64,000 nt of DNA from Elusimicrobiota bacterium (GTDB taxonomy: Bacteria; Elusimicrobiota; Elusimicrobia; UBA1565; UBA9628), in the NCBI GenBank assembly GCA_016207665.1, contig JACQPG010000115.1, positions 26,696 through 90,695 on the forward strand. Reading direction: 5' to 3'. The notes beneath the pieces were generated by a model, which saw only the letters and a program-made list of their open reading frames with translations, made no database searches and was not told the origin of the DNA. A program made the translations under genes and the position numbers. Shown one piece after another: positions 8,964-17,836 of the stretch (position 1 is the first letter of the stretch; each line of letters starts with the position of its first letter).

Positions 8964-10928
8964 ATGAGCGCTCCCGCGCACAAGGGGCGAGTGATGGCCA
9001 TCACGTCGGATAAGACTCTTCTCGGCGATCTTAAGGGAGCCCTTCAGGGCCAAGGGCTGCAGCTCTTGGCCGTATCGACGGTGCGCGAGGCGGCGGTGAA
9101 TCTGGGCACCGAGGAGTTCGCCGCGGTCGTGGCCGACCATTCCCGCTTTTCACGAGGCGATAAAGAAGCCTTGCTGGCCATACATCGCCGCGAGCGGACA
9201 TTCCCCTTGGTGCTTCTAGACACGCTGGCCACTTTGTCGCCCAACGAGCCTTCCGCGATCCGGCGCCTGCCTTGGCCGCCTCCCCCCGGTTTCCTGGATC
9301 AGGTCAGGGCGGCCGAGAGATTGGTGGTCTTCCTGGTCGATCAGACCCTGTTTACGGGGCGTTCGCTGCAGACGGCGCTGGCCCAGGCCGGCGTGCAGGC
9401 TATCAGCGTCGAATCCATCGTGGGATTGACGGAGTTGATGGCCAAGCAGGCCCAGGCCCAGGCCGAGGCGGCCCGGCCCAAGACCAAGAGCTTTTGGGAG
9501 AAGATCGGGGTGGGAGGGCAGGAGGAGACCGCTACGGCCTTCTTGGGGAAGGTGGCCATCGCCTTGTTTACCGGCGCCCTTCCCGAAGCCGAGGCCTTCG
9601 ACGGGCGCCTGCGCCAGGCCATCCCCCAGGCCGTCTGCTACCATGTTTCGAGCCTGGATCCGGTCAAGGCCGCTCTCCGCTGCCTGCGGGAGAATTTCCC
9701 GGCCGCCCTCATGCGAGAGCAGTCCTCCCGGGTGGCCAGCCTGCTCATGGACGGGCAGGAGAAGGAGCCTGCCGCGGCCCAAGGACGGGTCCTGATCGTC
9801 GACAGCGACAAGGATTCTCTCGAGACATTGACTCAGGCGCTGTTGAAGGAAGGCTACGAGGTGTTCCCGGCCCGGGACAATGACCAGGCTCTCAAATTCA
9901 CGCGGGCCGAGAAGAAATTCCATGTGGCCGTGATCGGCAGCGCCGTGGCCTACGCGCAGATGACCGCCGTGGACCTCGCTCAAAAGTTGCGAGAGGCCGA
10001 CGCCGATCTGCGCATCATCTTCCTGGTCGATCGCTATCCCGTCAATACGGCCTTGCAGGGCGTGAGCAAGTCGGTGGAGCTCAATCTCGATGGCGCTTTG
10101 CTCAAACCCGTCGACACCGCGGAATTGGTATCCTCCATCCGCAGGGCTTTGGAAAAGCGCCATCTGCTGCTTGAGAACGCCCGGCTTCTCAAAGAGCTCA
10201 AGGACACCAATCTGGCCCTCGAGCAGATCAACGGCTTCCAGAAGAAATTCTTCGCCATGGTGGCACACGACGTCAAGAACCCTTTGACCGCGATCCTGGG
10301 TTATTGCGAGGTGCTGGGCATGAGGCTCAAGGATCTTCCAGTCGAGCTCAAATGCGCCTCGCATATACATTCCGCGGCTAGGACGCTCAACATGCTGATC
10401 TCCGACTTGGTGGACCTGGCGGCCATCGAATCGGGAAAATTGCGCGTCAACATCGGCCCCCTGGACATGGCTCAGGTGATCAACGACGTTCGGGGCCGCA
10501 TCGAGTTCGTGGCCCAGCAGCGCAAGGTCGAATTTTCGGTTCTGGTCCCCTCAAGCTTCCCGGCCTTGGCCGGTGATCCCATCCGCATCGGGCAGGTCAT
10601 ACAGAATCTCTGCACCAACGGGATCCAATACACCAAGGAGGGGGGGCGGGTGACCTTGGATATCAATGTCGGAGAGAACGCGATCACGGTGAGCGTCAGC
10701 GACACCGGCATCGGGATATCCAAGGAGGATCAGGCCCGGGTGTTCGAGCGCTTCTTCCAGAGCCAGGAGGCGCAGAAGATGCGCAAGGCCGGCTTCGGGC
10801 TCGGCTTGAAGATAGCCCGCGAGATCATCCAGATGCACGGCGGCGAGATCGGACTCGAGTCGGAGGTCGGCAAAGGGTCTCGCTTCTATTTCACCCTGCC
10901 CATCCAGAAGACCGCGCCCTCTCCGTGA
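8964..10928 (+). CDS. Hybrid sensor histidine kinase with N-terminal receiver-like modules
   Basis: 654 aa. Receiver-like block [16 protein letters not shown] preceded by two degenerate receiver-like blocks. HisKA H-box [13 protein letters not shown]. HATPase_c motifs ([22 protein letters not shown]). Confidence 0.85.
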   Translation: MSAPAHKGRVMAITSDKTLLGDLKGALQGQGLQLLAVSTVREAAVNLGTEEFAAVVADHSRFSRGDKEALLAIHRRERTFPLVLLDTLATLSPNEPSAIRRLPWPPPPGFLDQVRAAERLVVFLVDQTLFTGRSLQTALAQAGVQAISVESIVGLTELMAKQAQAQAEAARPKTKSFWEKIGVGGQEETATAFLGKVAIALFTGALPEAEAFDGRLRQAIPQAVCYHVSSLDPVKAALRCLRENFPAALMREQSSRVASLLMDGQEKEPAAAQGRVLIVDSDKDSLETLTQALLKEGYEVFPARDNDQALKFTRAEKKFHVAVIGSAVAYAQMTAVDLAQKLREADADLRIIFLVDRYPVNTALQGVSKSVELNLDGALLKPVDTAELVSSIRRALEKRHLLLENARLLKELKDTNLALEQINGFQKKFFAMVAHDVKNPLTAILGYCEVLGMRLKDLPVELKCASHIHSAARTLNMLISDLVDLAAIESGKLRVNIGPLDMAQVINDVRGRIEFVAQQRKVEFSVLVPSSFPALAGDPIRIGQVIQNLCTNGIQYTKEGGRVTLDINVGENAITVSVSDTGIGISKEDQARVFERFFQSQEAQKMRKAGFGLGLKIAREIIQMHGGEIGLESEVGKGSRFYFTLPIQKTAPSP

Positions 10929-12919
10929 GCCGATTGAGCGCCCTGGCGGGCCGGCTTCCGGCTGCTGTCGTGCTGACCGACGAGGCCGCCCTTCTGGCCT
11001 ATTCCTACGATGGAGCCCTGGACCGAGGCAGGCCCGAAGCCGTGGTCCTGGCCCGAAGCGCCCGGGACATAGCTCGCGCGGTGGAGTTTTGCGCCGCCAA
11101 TCGCGTTCCCTTCACCGCGCGAGGCGCGGGCACCAATCTTTCGGGAGGCTGCGTCCCTTTGCGGGGCGGCGTGGTGCTGGCCATGGCGCCCATGAGCGGC
11201 ATACTCGAGATCGACACCGCCCGTGGCTTAGCCGTGGTCGAGCCCGGGACCGTCAATCTCGAGCTGCAGCGGCAACTCGAGGGTTTGGGATTTTTTTACG
11301 CCCCTGACCCGGCCAGTTTCAAGGTCTCCACCTTGGGGGGCAACATCGCCGAGAACGCCGGAGGGCCGCGCTGCCTCAAATACGGGGTGACCACGCATCA
11401 CGTGCTGGCGGTCGAGGCCGTGATGCCGGACGGGAGCGTGGAGAGGTTCGCCCTCGACGATCCTGGTCCCGAGATCATGAGCCTGATCGTCGGCTCCGAG
11501 GGCACCCTGGCGGTGGTCACGCGAGCCTGGCTCAAGATCACGCCGGCCCCCGAGCGGATCAGGACCATTCTCGCCGGCTTCCCTTCGATCGGGGCTTCCG
11601 TCGAGTGCGTCTCGGAGATAGTGCGCCGGGGCGTCGTGCCTCGCGTGCTCGAGGCCATGGACCGGGTCACGGTCGAGTCGGTGGAGGCCTACTCCCGCGC
11701 GGGCTATCCGCGCAGCGAGGCCGTGTTGCTCATCGAGCTGGACGGATCCGCCGAACAGATCGAAGCCGACGCGGCCGAGGTGGAACGCCTGTGCCGCGCG
11801 CATGGAGCCGCGAGCGTTCGCTCGGCCGCGGACGCGGCGGAACGGGAGCGGCTATGGCAAGGCCGCCGCGGCGCCTACGCGGCCATGGCCAGGCTGGCTC
11901 CGAACGTCCTGGTCGAGGATGGCGTGGTTCCGCGCGATCGCCTTCCCGAGATAGTCCGTCGTATCCAGGAGGTCACGGCGCGGCACGGAGTGGTGGCCGG
12001 GCTGCTCTTCCATGCCGGCGATGGGAATATCCACCCCAACATGGCCTATGATGAGCGAGACCGGGACCAGACCCGCCGCGTCAAGTCCGCGGGCCACGAG
12101 GTGCTGCAGGCCTGCGTCGAGCTGGGGGGCTCGCTATCGGGCGAGCACGGAATCGGCGTCGACAAACGCGAGGCCATGGCTTGGCTTTTCTCGCCCGAGA
12201 CGCTCTCCCTTTTCCGGCGCCTCAAGCAGGCGCTCGATCCCGACAACATCGCCAACCCGGACAAGATGCTTCCCTTGGGCGCCGGCGGCGAGAGCCCCCG
12301 TTTTTTCAGGCCGGCTCTTCGGCCCCTGAGCCCGGCGGCCGAGGGCTTGGTCGAGCGGGTCGGCCGCGCGGCGGCCGAGCGCAGGCCCATGGCTATCTGC
12401 GGCTCGCTTTCGAGAACCGGACGGCGGCCCGCCGGCTTGCTCGCCCTTGAGACCCGGGGTTTGGATCGGATCGTGGAGCTGGACGAGGGAAATCTGACGG
12501 CGACCGTCGAGGCGGGCATACCGCTGCAAGCCTTGGAGGGCGGGTTGAGCGAGCGCGGTTTCCACGCGCGATTACCCTCGGGCGGCGGCACGCTGGGCGG
12601 GCTGCTCGCCACCAAGGCCTGGCCCGGAATACGCGAGGATCTATTGGGCCTGCGCGTCCTGCTTTCCGATGGCCAGGTCTGCGAGCTGGGAGGCAAGGTG
12701 GTCAAGAACGTGGCCGGCTATGACCTGGCCCGTCTTTTGCTCGGCTCCCAGGGGGCATTGGCTCTGATCTTGGAGGTCACGCTGAGATTGCATGTGCGGC
12801 CCCAGCCGATAGCGCCCATCCAGCCGCCCAAGGATTTCATACCCAACCGATGGCATCGGGCGATCAAGCGCGCCTTCGATCCGGCCAATCTCTTCAATCC
12901 CTGGATATTCGGTCCATGA
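10925..12919 (+). CDS. FAD-linked oxidase, GlcD-like domain fused to a GlcE-like FAD-binding domain
   Basis: 664 aa. N-terminal ~460 aa is GlcD-like ([23 protein letters not shown]). C-terminal ~190 aa repeats a PCMH FAD-binding pattern ([30 protein letters not shown]). GTGA overlap with the kinase stop. Confidence 0.8.
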   Translation: MSRLSALAGRLPAAVVLTDEAALLAYSYDGALDRGRPEAVVLARSARDIARAVEFCAANRVPFTARGAGTNLSGGCVPLRGGVVLAMAPMSGILEIDTARGLAVVEPGTVNLELQRQLEGLGFFYAPDPASFKVSTLGGNIAENAGGPRCLKYGVTTHHVLAVEAVMPDGSVERFALDDPGPEIMSLIVGSEGTLAVVTRAWLKITPAPERIRTILAGFPSIGASVECVSEIVRRGVVPRVLEAMDRVTVESVEAYSRAGYPRSEAVLLIELDGSAEQIEADAAEVERLCRAHGAASVRSAADAAERERLWQGRRGAYAAMARLAPNVLVEDGVVPRDRLPEIVRRIQEVTARHGVVAGLLFHAGDGNIHPNMAYDERDRDQTRRVKSAGHEVLQACVELGGSLSGEHGIGVDKREAMAWLFSPETLSLFRRLKQALDPDNIANPDKMLPLGAGGESPRFFRPALRPLSPAAEGLVERVGRAAAERRPMAICGSLSRTGRRPAGLLALETRGLDRIVELDEGNLTATVEAGIPLQALEGGLSERGFHARLPSGGGTLGGLLATKAWPGIREDLLGLRVLLSDGQVCELGGKVVKNVAGYDLARLLLGSQGALALILEVTLRLHVRPQPIAPIQPPKDFIPNRWHRAIKRAFDPANLFNPWIFGP

Positions 12920-14175
12920 CCCGGGCGGCGCTCGAGAGGCTTTCGACGGACTTGGGCGAGCGCTCGACCTATGATGCCGCCAGCCAATGCAGCCGCTGCG
13001 GCTATTGCGAGCAGGCCTGCCCGACCTACGTGGCCACGGGCTCGGAGCTCAAATCCCCGCGCGGCCGCAATCAGCTGGTGAGGTTGATCTGGGAAGGCGG
13101 ACTGCGCGATCCGGCCGCAGCCGAGCAAGCCCTCTCCTCCTGCCTGCTCTGCGGCGCCTGCTCCACCGCTTGTTACGCGCATGTGCCGACCGCGGATATC
13201 GTGCTCGAGGGGCGCCGCCGCATCGGCGCCCATTGGCTCGCTCGGCGGCTGGCCGCCCATCCCTCTTGGCTGCCCAAGGCCCTCAAGGCTGCCCTCTGGC
13301 TCAAGCGCTTGGGCCTGTCGCGTTTGGCGCGGCCTTTCTTGAAGCGGCTCGGGCTCAAAGGACTGGCCTCGGCCGACGAGCATCTCGCTGAGGCGCCGAG
13401 CCGCTTCCTGTGCGAGGAGCTCAAGGAAAGAGCGCGACCGCTGTCGCCCGCTTGGCTTTATTTCGCCGCTTGCGGCACACATTATCTATACCCAAGAGTG
13501 GGCCGGGCGACAGTCCGCCTGCTTGAGGCTCAGGGTCCTGGACTATGCCTGGATTTTCGCTGCTGCGGACTCATGGCCTATAATTACGGTTCCCTTGAGG
13601 ACGCGCGCAAGCTGGCCCGCGCCGTGATCGAGGGCAGCGAGCCCTTCCCGGCTCCGGTGGTCGCGGATTGCTCCTCTTGCGCGGCCTTCCTCAAGAAATA
13701 CCCGCAGCTGTTCCTGGATGACGCCCCATGGCGGACGCGGGCCGAGGCCTTCGCCGCGCGCGTCCGCGACTCCATCGAGGCGGTCGGCTCCACCGAAGGC
13801 TTGACGCCCTGGCGTGGAGGCGTCGTCACCTACCATGATTCGTGCCGGGCCTGCCACGGCCAGGGGCTGGCCGGCCCGCGAGAGCGGCTCAAGGCCGTGT
13901 GCGGCGGCTCCTGGCGCGAATTGCCGGAATCGGATGTCTGCTGCGGCGGGGCCGGAGCCTTCGCCTTCACGCAACCCGAGCTGTCCGATGAGGTGCTCCG
14001 CCGCAAGATCGGCCGGATCGCGGCGCTGCGGGCGTCCGTGGTGCTGACCAGCTCGACCTCGTGCCTGGCCCAGCTTGCCCATGGTTTTAAGAAATACTAT
14101 CCTGATGCCACCGTGAGGCATCTAAGCGAGTTCCTCGCCGAGCGCCTTCCGAATCCGCCTCCCCATGGGACGTAG
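12916..14175 (+). CDS. glcF: Glycolate-oxidase-type iron-sulfur subunit (GlcF-like, 4Fe-4S plus CCG domains)
   Basis: Internal ATG (MTRAALERL) forming an ATGA overlap with the upstream stop. CSRCGYCEQACP and CLLCGACSTAC ferredoxin motifs; two Cys-rich CCG-type regions (DCSSCAAF, DVCCGGAG). Confidence 0.8.
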   Translation: MTRAALERLSTDLGERSTYDAASQCSRCGYCEQACPTYVATGSELKSPRGRNQLVRLIWEGGLRDPAAAEQALSSCLLCGACSTACYAHVPTADIVLEGRRRIGAHWLARRLAAHPSWLPKALKAALWLKRLGLSRLARPFLKRLGLKGLASADEHLAEAPSRFLCEELKERARPLSPAWLYFAACGTHYLYPRVGRATVRLLEAQGPGLCLDFRCCGLMAYNYGSLEDARKLARAVIEGSEPFPAPVVADCSSCAAFLKKYPQLFLDDAPWRTRAEAFAARVRDSIEAVGSTEGLTPWRGGVVTYHDSCRACHGQGLAGPRERLKAVCGGSWRELPESDVCCGGAGAFAFTQPELSDEVLRRKIGRIAALRASVVLTSSTSCLAQLAHGFKKYYPDATVRHLSEFLAERLPNPPPHGT

Positions 14176-15355
14176 ACAAGAGCTCGAGAAACGTCAGACG
14201 CTTTTGGCCCGCTTCGGCAGGCTGATAGCGGCCGAGACCAGGCTCGACGGGCTGCTCACCATCATCGCGGAGGAGGTCCGGCACATATTGGCGGCCGACC
14301 GCTGCTCCGTGTTCCTGGTCGACGCCTACAAGAACGAGCTCTGGACCAAGATATTGGTGGGCCCGGAGGAGAAGATACTGCGCGTGCCCATGGGGCAGGG
14401 GATCGCGGGCTTCGTGGCCAAGACCGGCAGCGCGGTCAATATCCGCGACGCCTACCGTGACAGCCGATTCACCCAGGATCTCGACCGGGTCGTCGGCTAT
14501 CAAACGCGCACCGTGATGGCCGTTCCCCTCAAGGGCCGCGACGGCCGGCCCGTGGGAGTGTTCGAGGTCCTCAATAAGAGCAAGGGTTCCTTCACGGACG
14601 AGGACGAAGGGCTTTTGAGGATATTGGCGACCATGGCCGCCTCGTTCATCGAGAACGCGACGCTTTACGAGGATCTCAGGCGCTCGCATTTGGAAACCAT
14701 CTATCGCATGGCCTTGGTGGCCGAGTTCCGCGATCAGCAGGACACGGGCAAGCATCTCCGTCGCATGAGCCGGTTTTCCGGGATCATCGCCGCGGCCTTG
14801 GGCATGAGCTATCTTGAATCCGAGGAGATACGTTATGCCTCGCCGCTTCATGATATCGGCAAGGTGGCGATCCCGGACGCCATATTGCGCAAGCCCGGCA
14901 AGCTCAGCGCCGAGGAATACGACGAGATGAAGAGGCACACGCTTTACGGCAGCCAGATGCTGGCCAACGCGGAAAGCCGGCTGCTGCGCCTGGCCGCCAA
15001 GATCGCGGTCGCCCATCACGAGCATTACGACGGCTCCGGCTATCCTTACGGCCTCAAGGGGATGGACATCCCCGTGGAGGCCAGGATCGTCTCGGTCGCC
15101 GACGTCTTCGACGCGCTGGTCTCCCGCCGGGTCTATAAAGGGGCTTGGACGGTCGACGACGCCAAGTCCTACATCAAGTCCCAGGAGAGCAAGCTCTTCG
15201 ACCCGGAAGTCATCAAGGCGTTGTTCGCCTCATTCGACGAGATACTCGCGGCCATGGAGGAGGAGAACCGCCGCATACTCGAGGACGAGGTGATCAACCG
15301 CCTTCCCCCCGGAGTCAGCGGAGAGCAATCCTTCGAGCGTCACCACCAAAGCTGA
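14165..15355 (+). CDS. GAF domain / HD-GYP domain protein (putative cyclic-di-GMP phosphodiesterase)
   Basis: 396 aa. GAF-like N-terminus; HD-GYP core SPLHDIGKVAIPDAILRKPGKL..HHEHYDGSGYPYGL. 11-nt overlap with glcF. Confidence 0.85.
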   Translation: MGRRQELEKRQTLLARFGRLIAAETRLDGLLTIIAEEVRHILAADRCSVFLVDAYKNELWTKILVGPEEKILRVPMGQGIAGFVAKTGSAVNIRDAYRDSRFTQDLDRVVGYQTRTVMAVPLKGRDGRPVGVFEVLNKSKGSFTDEDEGLLRILATMAASFIENATLYEDLRRSHLETIYRMALVAEFRDQQDTGKHLRRMSRFSGIIAAALGMSYLESEEIRYASPLHDIGKVAIPDAILRKPGKLSAEEYDEMKRHTLYGSQMLANAESRLLRLAAKIAVAHHEHYDGSGYPYGLKGMDIPVEARIVSVADVFDALVSRRVYKGAWTVDDAKSYIKSQESKLFDPEVIKALFASFDEILAAMEEENRRILEDEVINRLPPGVSGEQSFERHHQS

Positions 15356-15357
15356 TT

Positions 15358-15366
15358 TGGTATAAT
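15358..15366 (+). promoter_or_regulatory. Extended -10 promoter TGgTATAAT for tRNA-Gly
   Basis: ttTGGTATAATgc ends 11 nt before the mature tRNA 5' end at 15378. Confidence 0.5.
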
Positions 15367-15377
15367 GCTGATTCAGC

Positions 15378-15451
15378 GCGGGCGTGGTTCAATGGTAGAA
15401 CAGGTCCTTGCCAAGGATCAGACGAGGGTTCGATTCCCTTCGCCCGCTCCA
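15378..15451 (+). tRNA. tRNA-Gly (anticodon GCC), CCA encoded
   Basis: GCGGGCG acceptor pairs with CGCCCGC. D arm GTTC-AATGGTA-GAAC. Anticodon loop TTGCCAA. T arm with GGTTCGATTCC. 74 nt. Confidence 0.9.
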
Positions 15452-15504
15452 GATTATGGGATCGGGCTGTGCCAGGCGAAGCCTGGTGCGCCCGCTCCAG
15501 ATTA
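15441..15504. repeat. 16-bp exact direct repeat CGCCCGCTCCAGATTA (tRNA-Gly 3' end, 15441-15456, repeated at 15489-15504)
   Basis: Read directly. The copies are separated by 32 bp containing the hairpin CCAGG-cgaag-CCTGG. The second copy abuts ATG 15505. Confidence 0.85.
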
Positions 15505-15975
15505 ATGTATCCCCTGATACTTACCCGCCGCATACTGATCAGCGCGCCCAAGGAATCGGTGCGCCTTTACCTGAGCGATCTTAAAAGGATCGCGGAGTAC
15601 GAGCCCAAGGTCCGCAAGGTCGAGGTATCGGGGCCTAGCTCCGGGCTCGTGGAGGTCTCCGGGCGTTTCCTGGGCTTTTCCTGGAGCGGTTCCTTCAAGG
15701 CTCTTTTCACGGCCGACGGCGGTTACCGCGCCGAGATGGTGCAAGGGCCGCTGCCCCATGTGGCCGGCGGCTATCACCTGCGCCCGGTCCACGGGGGAAC
15801 GGTGGTCACGCACGAGGAGCGCTATCTCCTTCCCTGGTTGTTCGTGCCGTTGCGATTCTTGTTGAGCCGCTGGTTGGGCCGGACAATCGAAAGGGAGTTG
15901 GGAGCGATCAAAGAGGGCGCCGAGAGGCTCCATCGGCAGACGCAGCTCAATCAGATAGAATCCGCTTACCAATAG
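15505..15975 (+). CDS. SRPBCC (polyketide cyclase/dehydrase-like) family protein
   Basis: Internal ATG (MYPLILTRRILISAPKESV) of ORF 15145..15975; the longer form would run through the tRNA. Pattern ISAPKE..YLSDL..EYEP..V typical of SRPBCC ligand-binding proteins. Confidence 0.65.
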   Translation: MYPLILTRRILISAPKESVRLYLSDLKRIAEYEPKVRKVEVSGPSSGLVEVSGRFLGFSWSGSFKALFTADGGYRAEMVQGPLPHVAGGYHLRPVHGGTVVTHEERYLLPWLFVPLRFLLSRWLGRTIERELGAIKEGAERLHRQTQLNQIESAYQ

Positions 15976-15983
15976 GAGTCGCC

Positions 15984-16424
15984 ATGAGCCGCCTTCTTCT
16001 GCTGATCCTTCCTATAGTCGCCGCGCCCGCGGCCGCCCAAGATGCCGAGGCCATCGCCTTCGAATGCGCGGTCAAGGGCTTCTCAACCGCCAGCGCCCTG
16101 GACTTGATCATCACGGACTGCAAGACCACCGCGCCGGGGCCATTGGCGACCGAGCTGAACTCGGAGATATTTCCCGCGGTCTATTATCGCGGGCAACGCT
16201 CGGGGCCCCAGGCGTTGAATCAGCTGGCCGGCGAGTTCGCCGAAGCCTTGGTGGCGCGGCTCCATGTCAGCCGTTTCCAGAAAGTCAAGGTGGACAGCTT
16301 CGAGTTCCCCGAGCCCAAGGCCACCATTCCCTTGGAGCCCAAGAAGGCTCCGCGGACGGAGCTTACGGGCAAGGTCCTGGGCTCCGTCGTCCCGGCTCCG
16401 CCGGCCGCCGCGCCGGCGCCGTAG
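15984..16424 (+). CDS. Secreted hypothetical protein
   Basis: 146 aa. Signal peptide MSRLLLLILPIVAAPAAAQDA and a Pro/Ala-rich C-terminus. Confidence 0.5.
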   Translation: MSRLLLLILPIVAAPAAAQDAEAIAFECAVKGFSTASALDLIITDCKTTAPGPLATELNSEIFPAVYYRGQRSGPQALNQLAGEFAEALVARLHVSRFQKVKVDSFEFPEPKATIPLEPKKAPRTELTGKVLGSVVPAPPAAAPAP

Positions 16425-16431
16425 AGGCCGA

Positions 16432-17283
16432 CTAGGCGGGGGCTTCCACCTTCGCGACGTATTTGCCATCGACCAGGTCTATCTTCGCGTGGCGACGCCG
16501 CACATCATGCTGGAAGATGAGGGTCCAGTTCTTTTCCCGCGCTTCGGCAAGCAGCGAGCGTTTAGCCTCCAGGGTATCCAGGGGATAGAGATCGTAGCCC
16601 ATGACGTAGGGAAGCGGCAGATGGGAGCTGGTCGGGATCAGATCGCCCAAAAACACGGCGGTTTCGCCCTCGGACTCCACCATCACGCATTGATGCCCTC
16701 GCGTGTGTCCTCCTGATCGGAGCACCTTGAGCCCCGGTTCTATCTCATAATCGCCGCTGACCAGTTCCAGCCGCCGATAATCCTGCAAGGGCGCGAAATT
16801 CTCCTCCATATAGCTGGCCTTGTTGCGCTCATGGGGGTGGTTGGCATCCTCCCATTCTTCTTTTTGCATCAGATAGCGGGCTTTCTCGAAGGCCGGGACG
16901 GCCTTCCCCTCATCGGAATATTCGGTGTCCCCGCCCGCGTGGTCGAAATGCAGATGCGTGTTGATGACCAGATCCACGTCCCCAGGCAGAAGGCCCAAGC
17001 CCTTGAGCTCATCGCGCAGGGTGACGCGCCTTTCGACGCGATAGATATCGTTGAACTTGGCGTTGCGTTCGTATTTGGAGGACAACCCCGTGTCTACCAG
17101 CACGTGCCGGCCCTTGGGCGTCTTGATGAGAAGGCTTCCCAAGCACAGCGGGATGCGGTTGTGCTCGTCGGCCGGCTCGTGGCGGCACCAGAGCGTCTTG
17201 GGAACGGTGCCGAACATGGCGCCTCCATCGAGCCGGAAAAAGCCGTCGCTTAAGGGGAAAAGCTCGAAACGTCCGAATTTCAC
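16432..17283 (-). CDS. MBL-fold metallo-hydrolase
   Basis: 283 aa, GTG start. NTHLHFDHAGG motif (HxHxDH) and later GGHTRGH. Confidence 0.85.
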   Translation of the reverse strand: MKFGRFELFPLSDGFFRLDGGAMFGTVPKTLWCRHEPADEHNRIPLCLGSLLIKTPKGRHVLVDTGLSSKYERNAKFNDIYRVERRVTLRDELKGLGLLPGDVDLVINTHLHFDHAGGDTEYSDEGKAVPAFEKARYLMQKEEWEDANHPHERNKASYMEENFAPLQDYRRLELVSGDYEIEPGLKVLRSGGHTRGHQCVMVESEGETAVFLGDLIPTSSHLPLPYVMGYDLYPLDTLEAKRSLLAEAREKNWTLIFQHDVRRRHAKIDLVDGKYVAKVEAPA

Positions 17284-17284
17284 G

Positions 17285-17423
17285 GCGTCGCTGCCGCGCC
17301 GCAGCCCGTGGCGATCAAGGTCTCTCCCGAGGATCGCCAGGACGCGTCGCTGCCGCGCCGCAGCCCGTGGCGATCAAGGTCTCTCCCGAGGATCGCCAGG
17401 ACGCGTCGCTGCCGCGCCGCAGC
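17285..17423. repeat. 59-bp tandem repeat, 2 full copies plus a 21-nt partial copy
   Basis: Unit GCGTCGCTGCCGCGCCGCAGCCCGTGGCGATCAAGGTCTCTCCCGAGGATCGCCAGGAC at 17285-17343 and 17344-17402 (identical); partial copy at 17403-17423. Each unit carries the 8-bp inverted repeat TGGCGATC/GATCGCCA. Confidence 0.95.
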
Positions 17424-17802
17424 ACTTCTTGAATTTCTTGCCGGAGCCGCAGGGACAGGGCTCATTGCGGCCCACCTCCGGAGCGGTTTTGATGTAGGTT
17501 TGCGGCTTGCCTTCGGCCGGGAACTCACCGAGACGGCCGGACTCGATCGCTTCCTTATTTTTCTCCAGCCAGGCCTTGACCTGTCCCGAGTCCTTGACAT
17601 CGATCCCATCCTTGGCCATGTGGGCGGCGAGGATCTTGATCTGCTTGAGGAATGCCGGGTCCTTCCACTTTCGATAGAAGGCTCCCATGAGCCCCTTGGG
17701 GACGCCTTCGGCTTCCTTGGGCAAGCCCTGGGGCGCCTCGGCCGAGGACGATTCGGCGGGCTCTTTTTTCTTGAAAGGATTAAGCGACTTCAGCCAGGAC
17801 AT
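17374..17802 (-). CDS. SEC-C motif (SecA C-terminal zinc-binding motif) domain protein
   Basis: 142 aa ending ..[30 protein letters not shown]. The last ~16 codons and the stop are encoded by the tandem repeat. Confidence 0.7.
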   Translation of the reverse strand: MSWLKSLNPFKKKEPAESSSAEAPQGLPKEAEGVPKGLMGAFYRKWKDPAFLKQIKILAAHMAKDGIDVKDSGQVKAWLEKNKEAIESGRLGEFPAEGKPQTYIKTAPEVGRNEPCPCGSGKKFKKCCGAAATRPGDPRERP

Positions 17803-17836
17803 CCTGATTCATTTTAGGAAATTCCGGGGCCTGAAG

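Noticed and set aside
17285-17423. Possible CRISPR array or minisatellite (direct repeats), also considered for 21242-21342.
   Set aside because: The units are strictly contiguous with no unique spacers, only 2 to 2.4 copies are present, and no cas genes are nearby. They were classified as tandem duplications.
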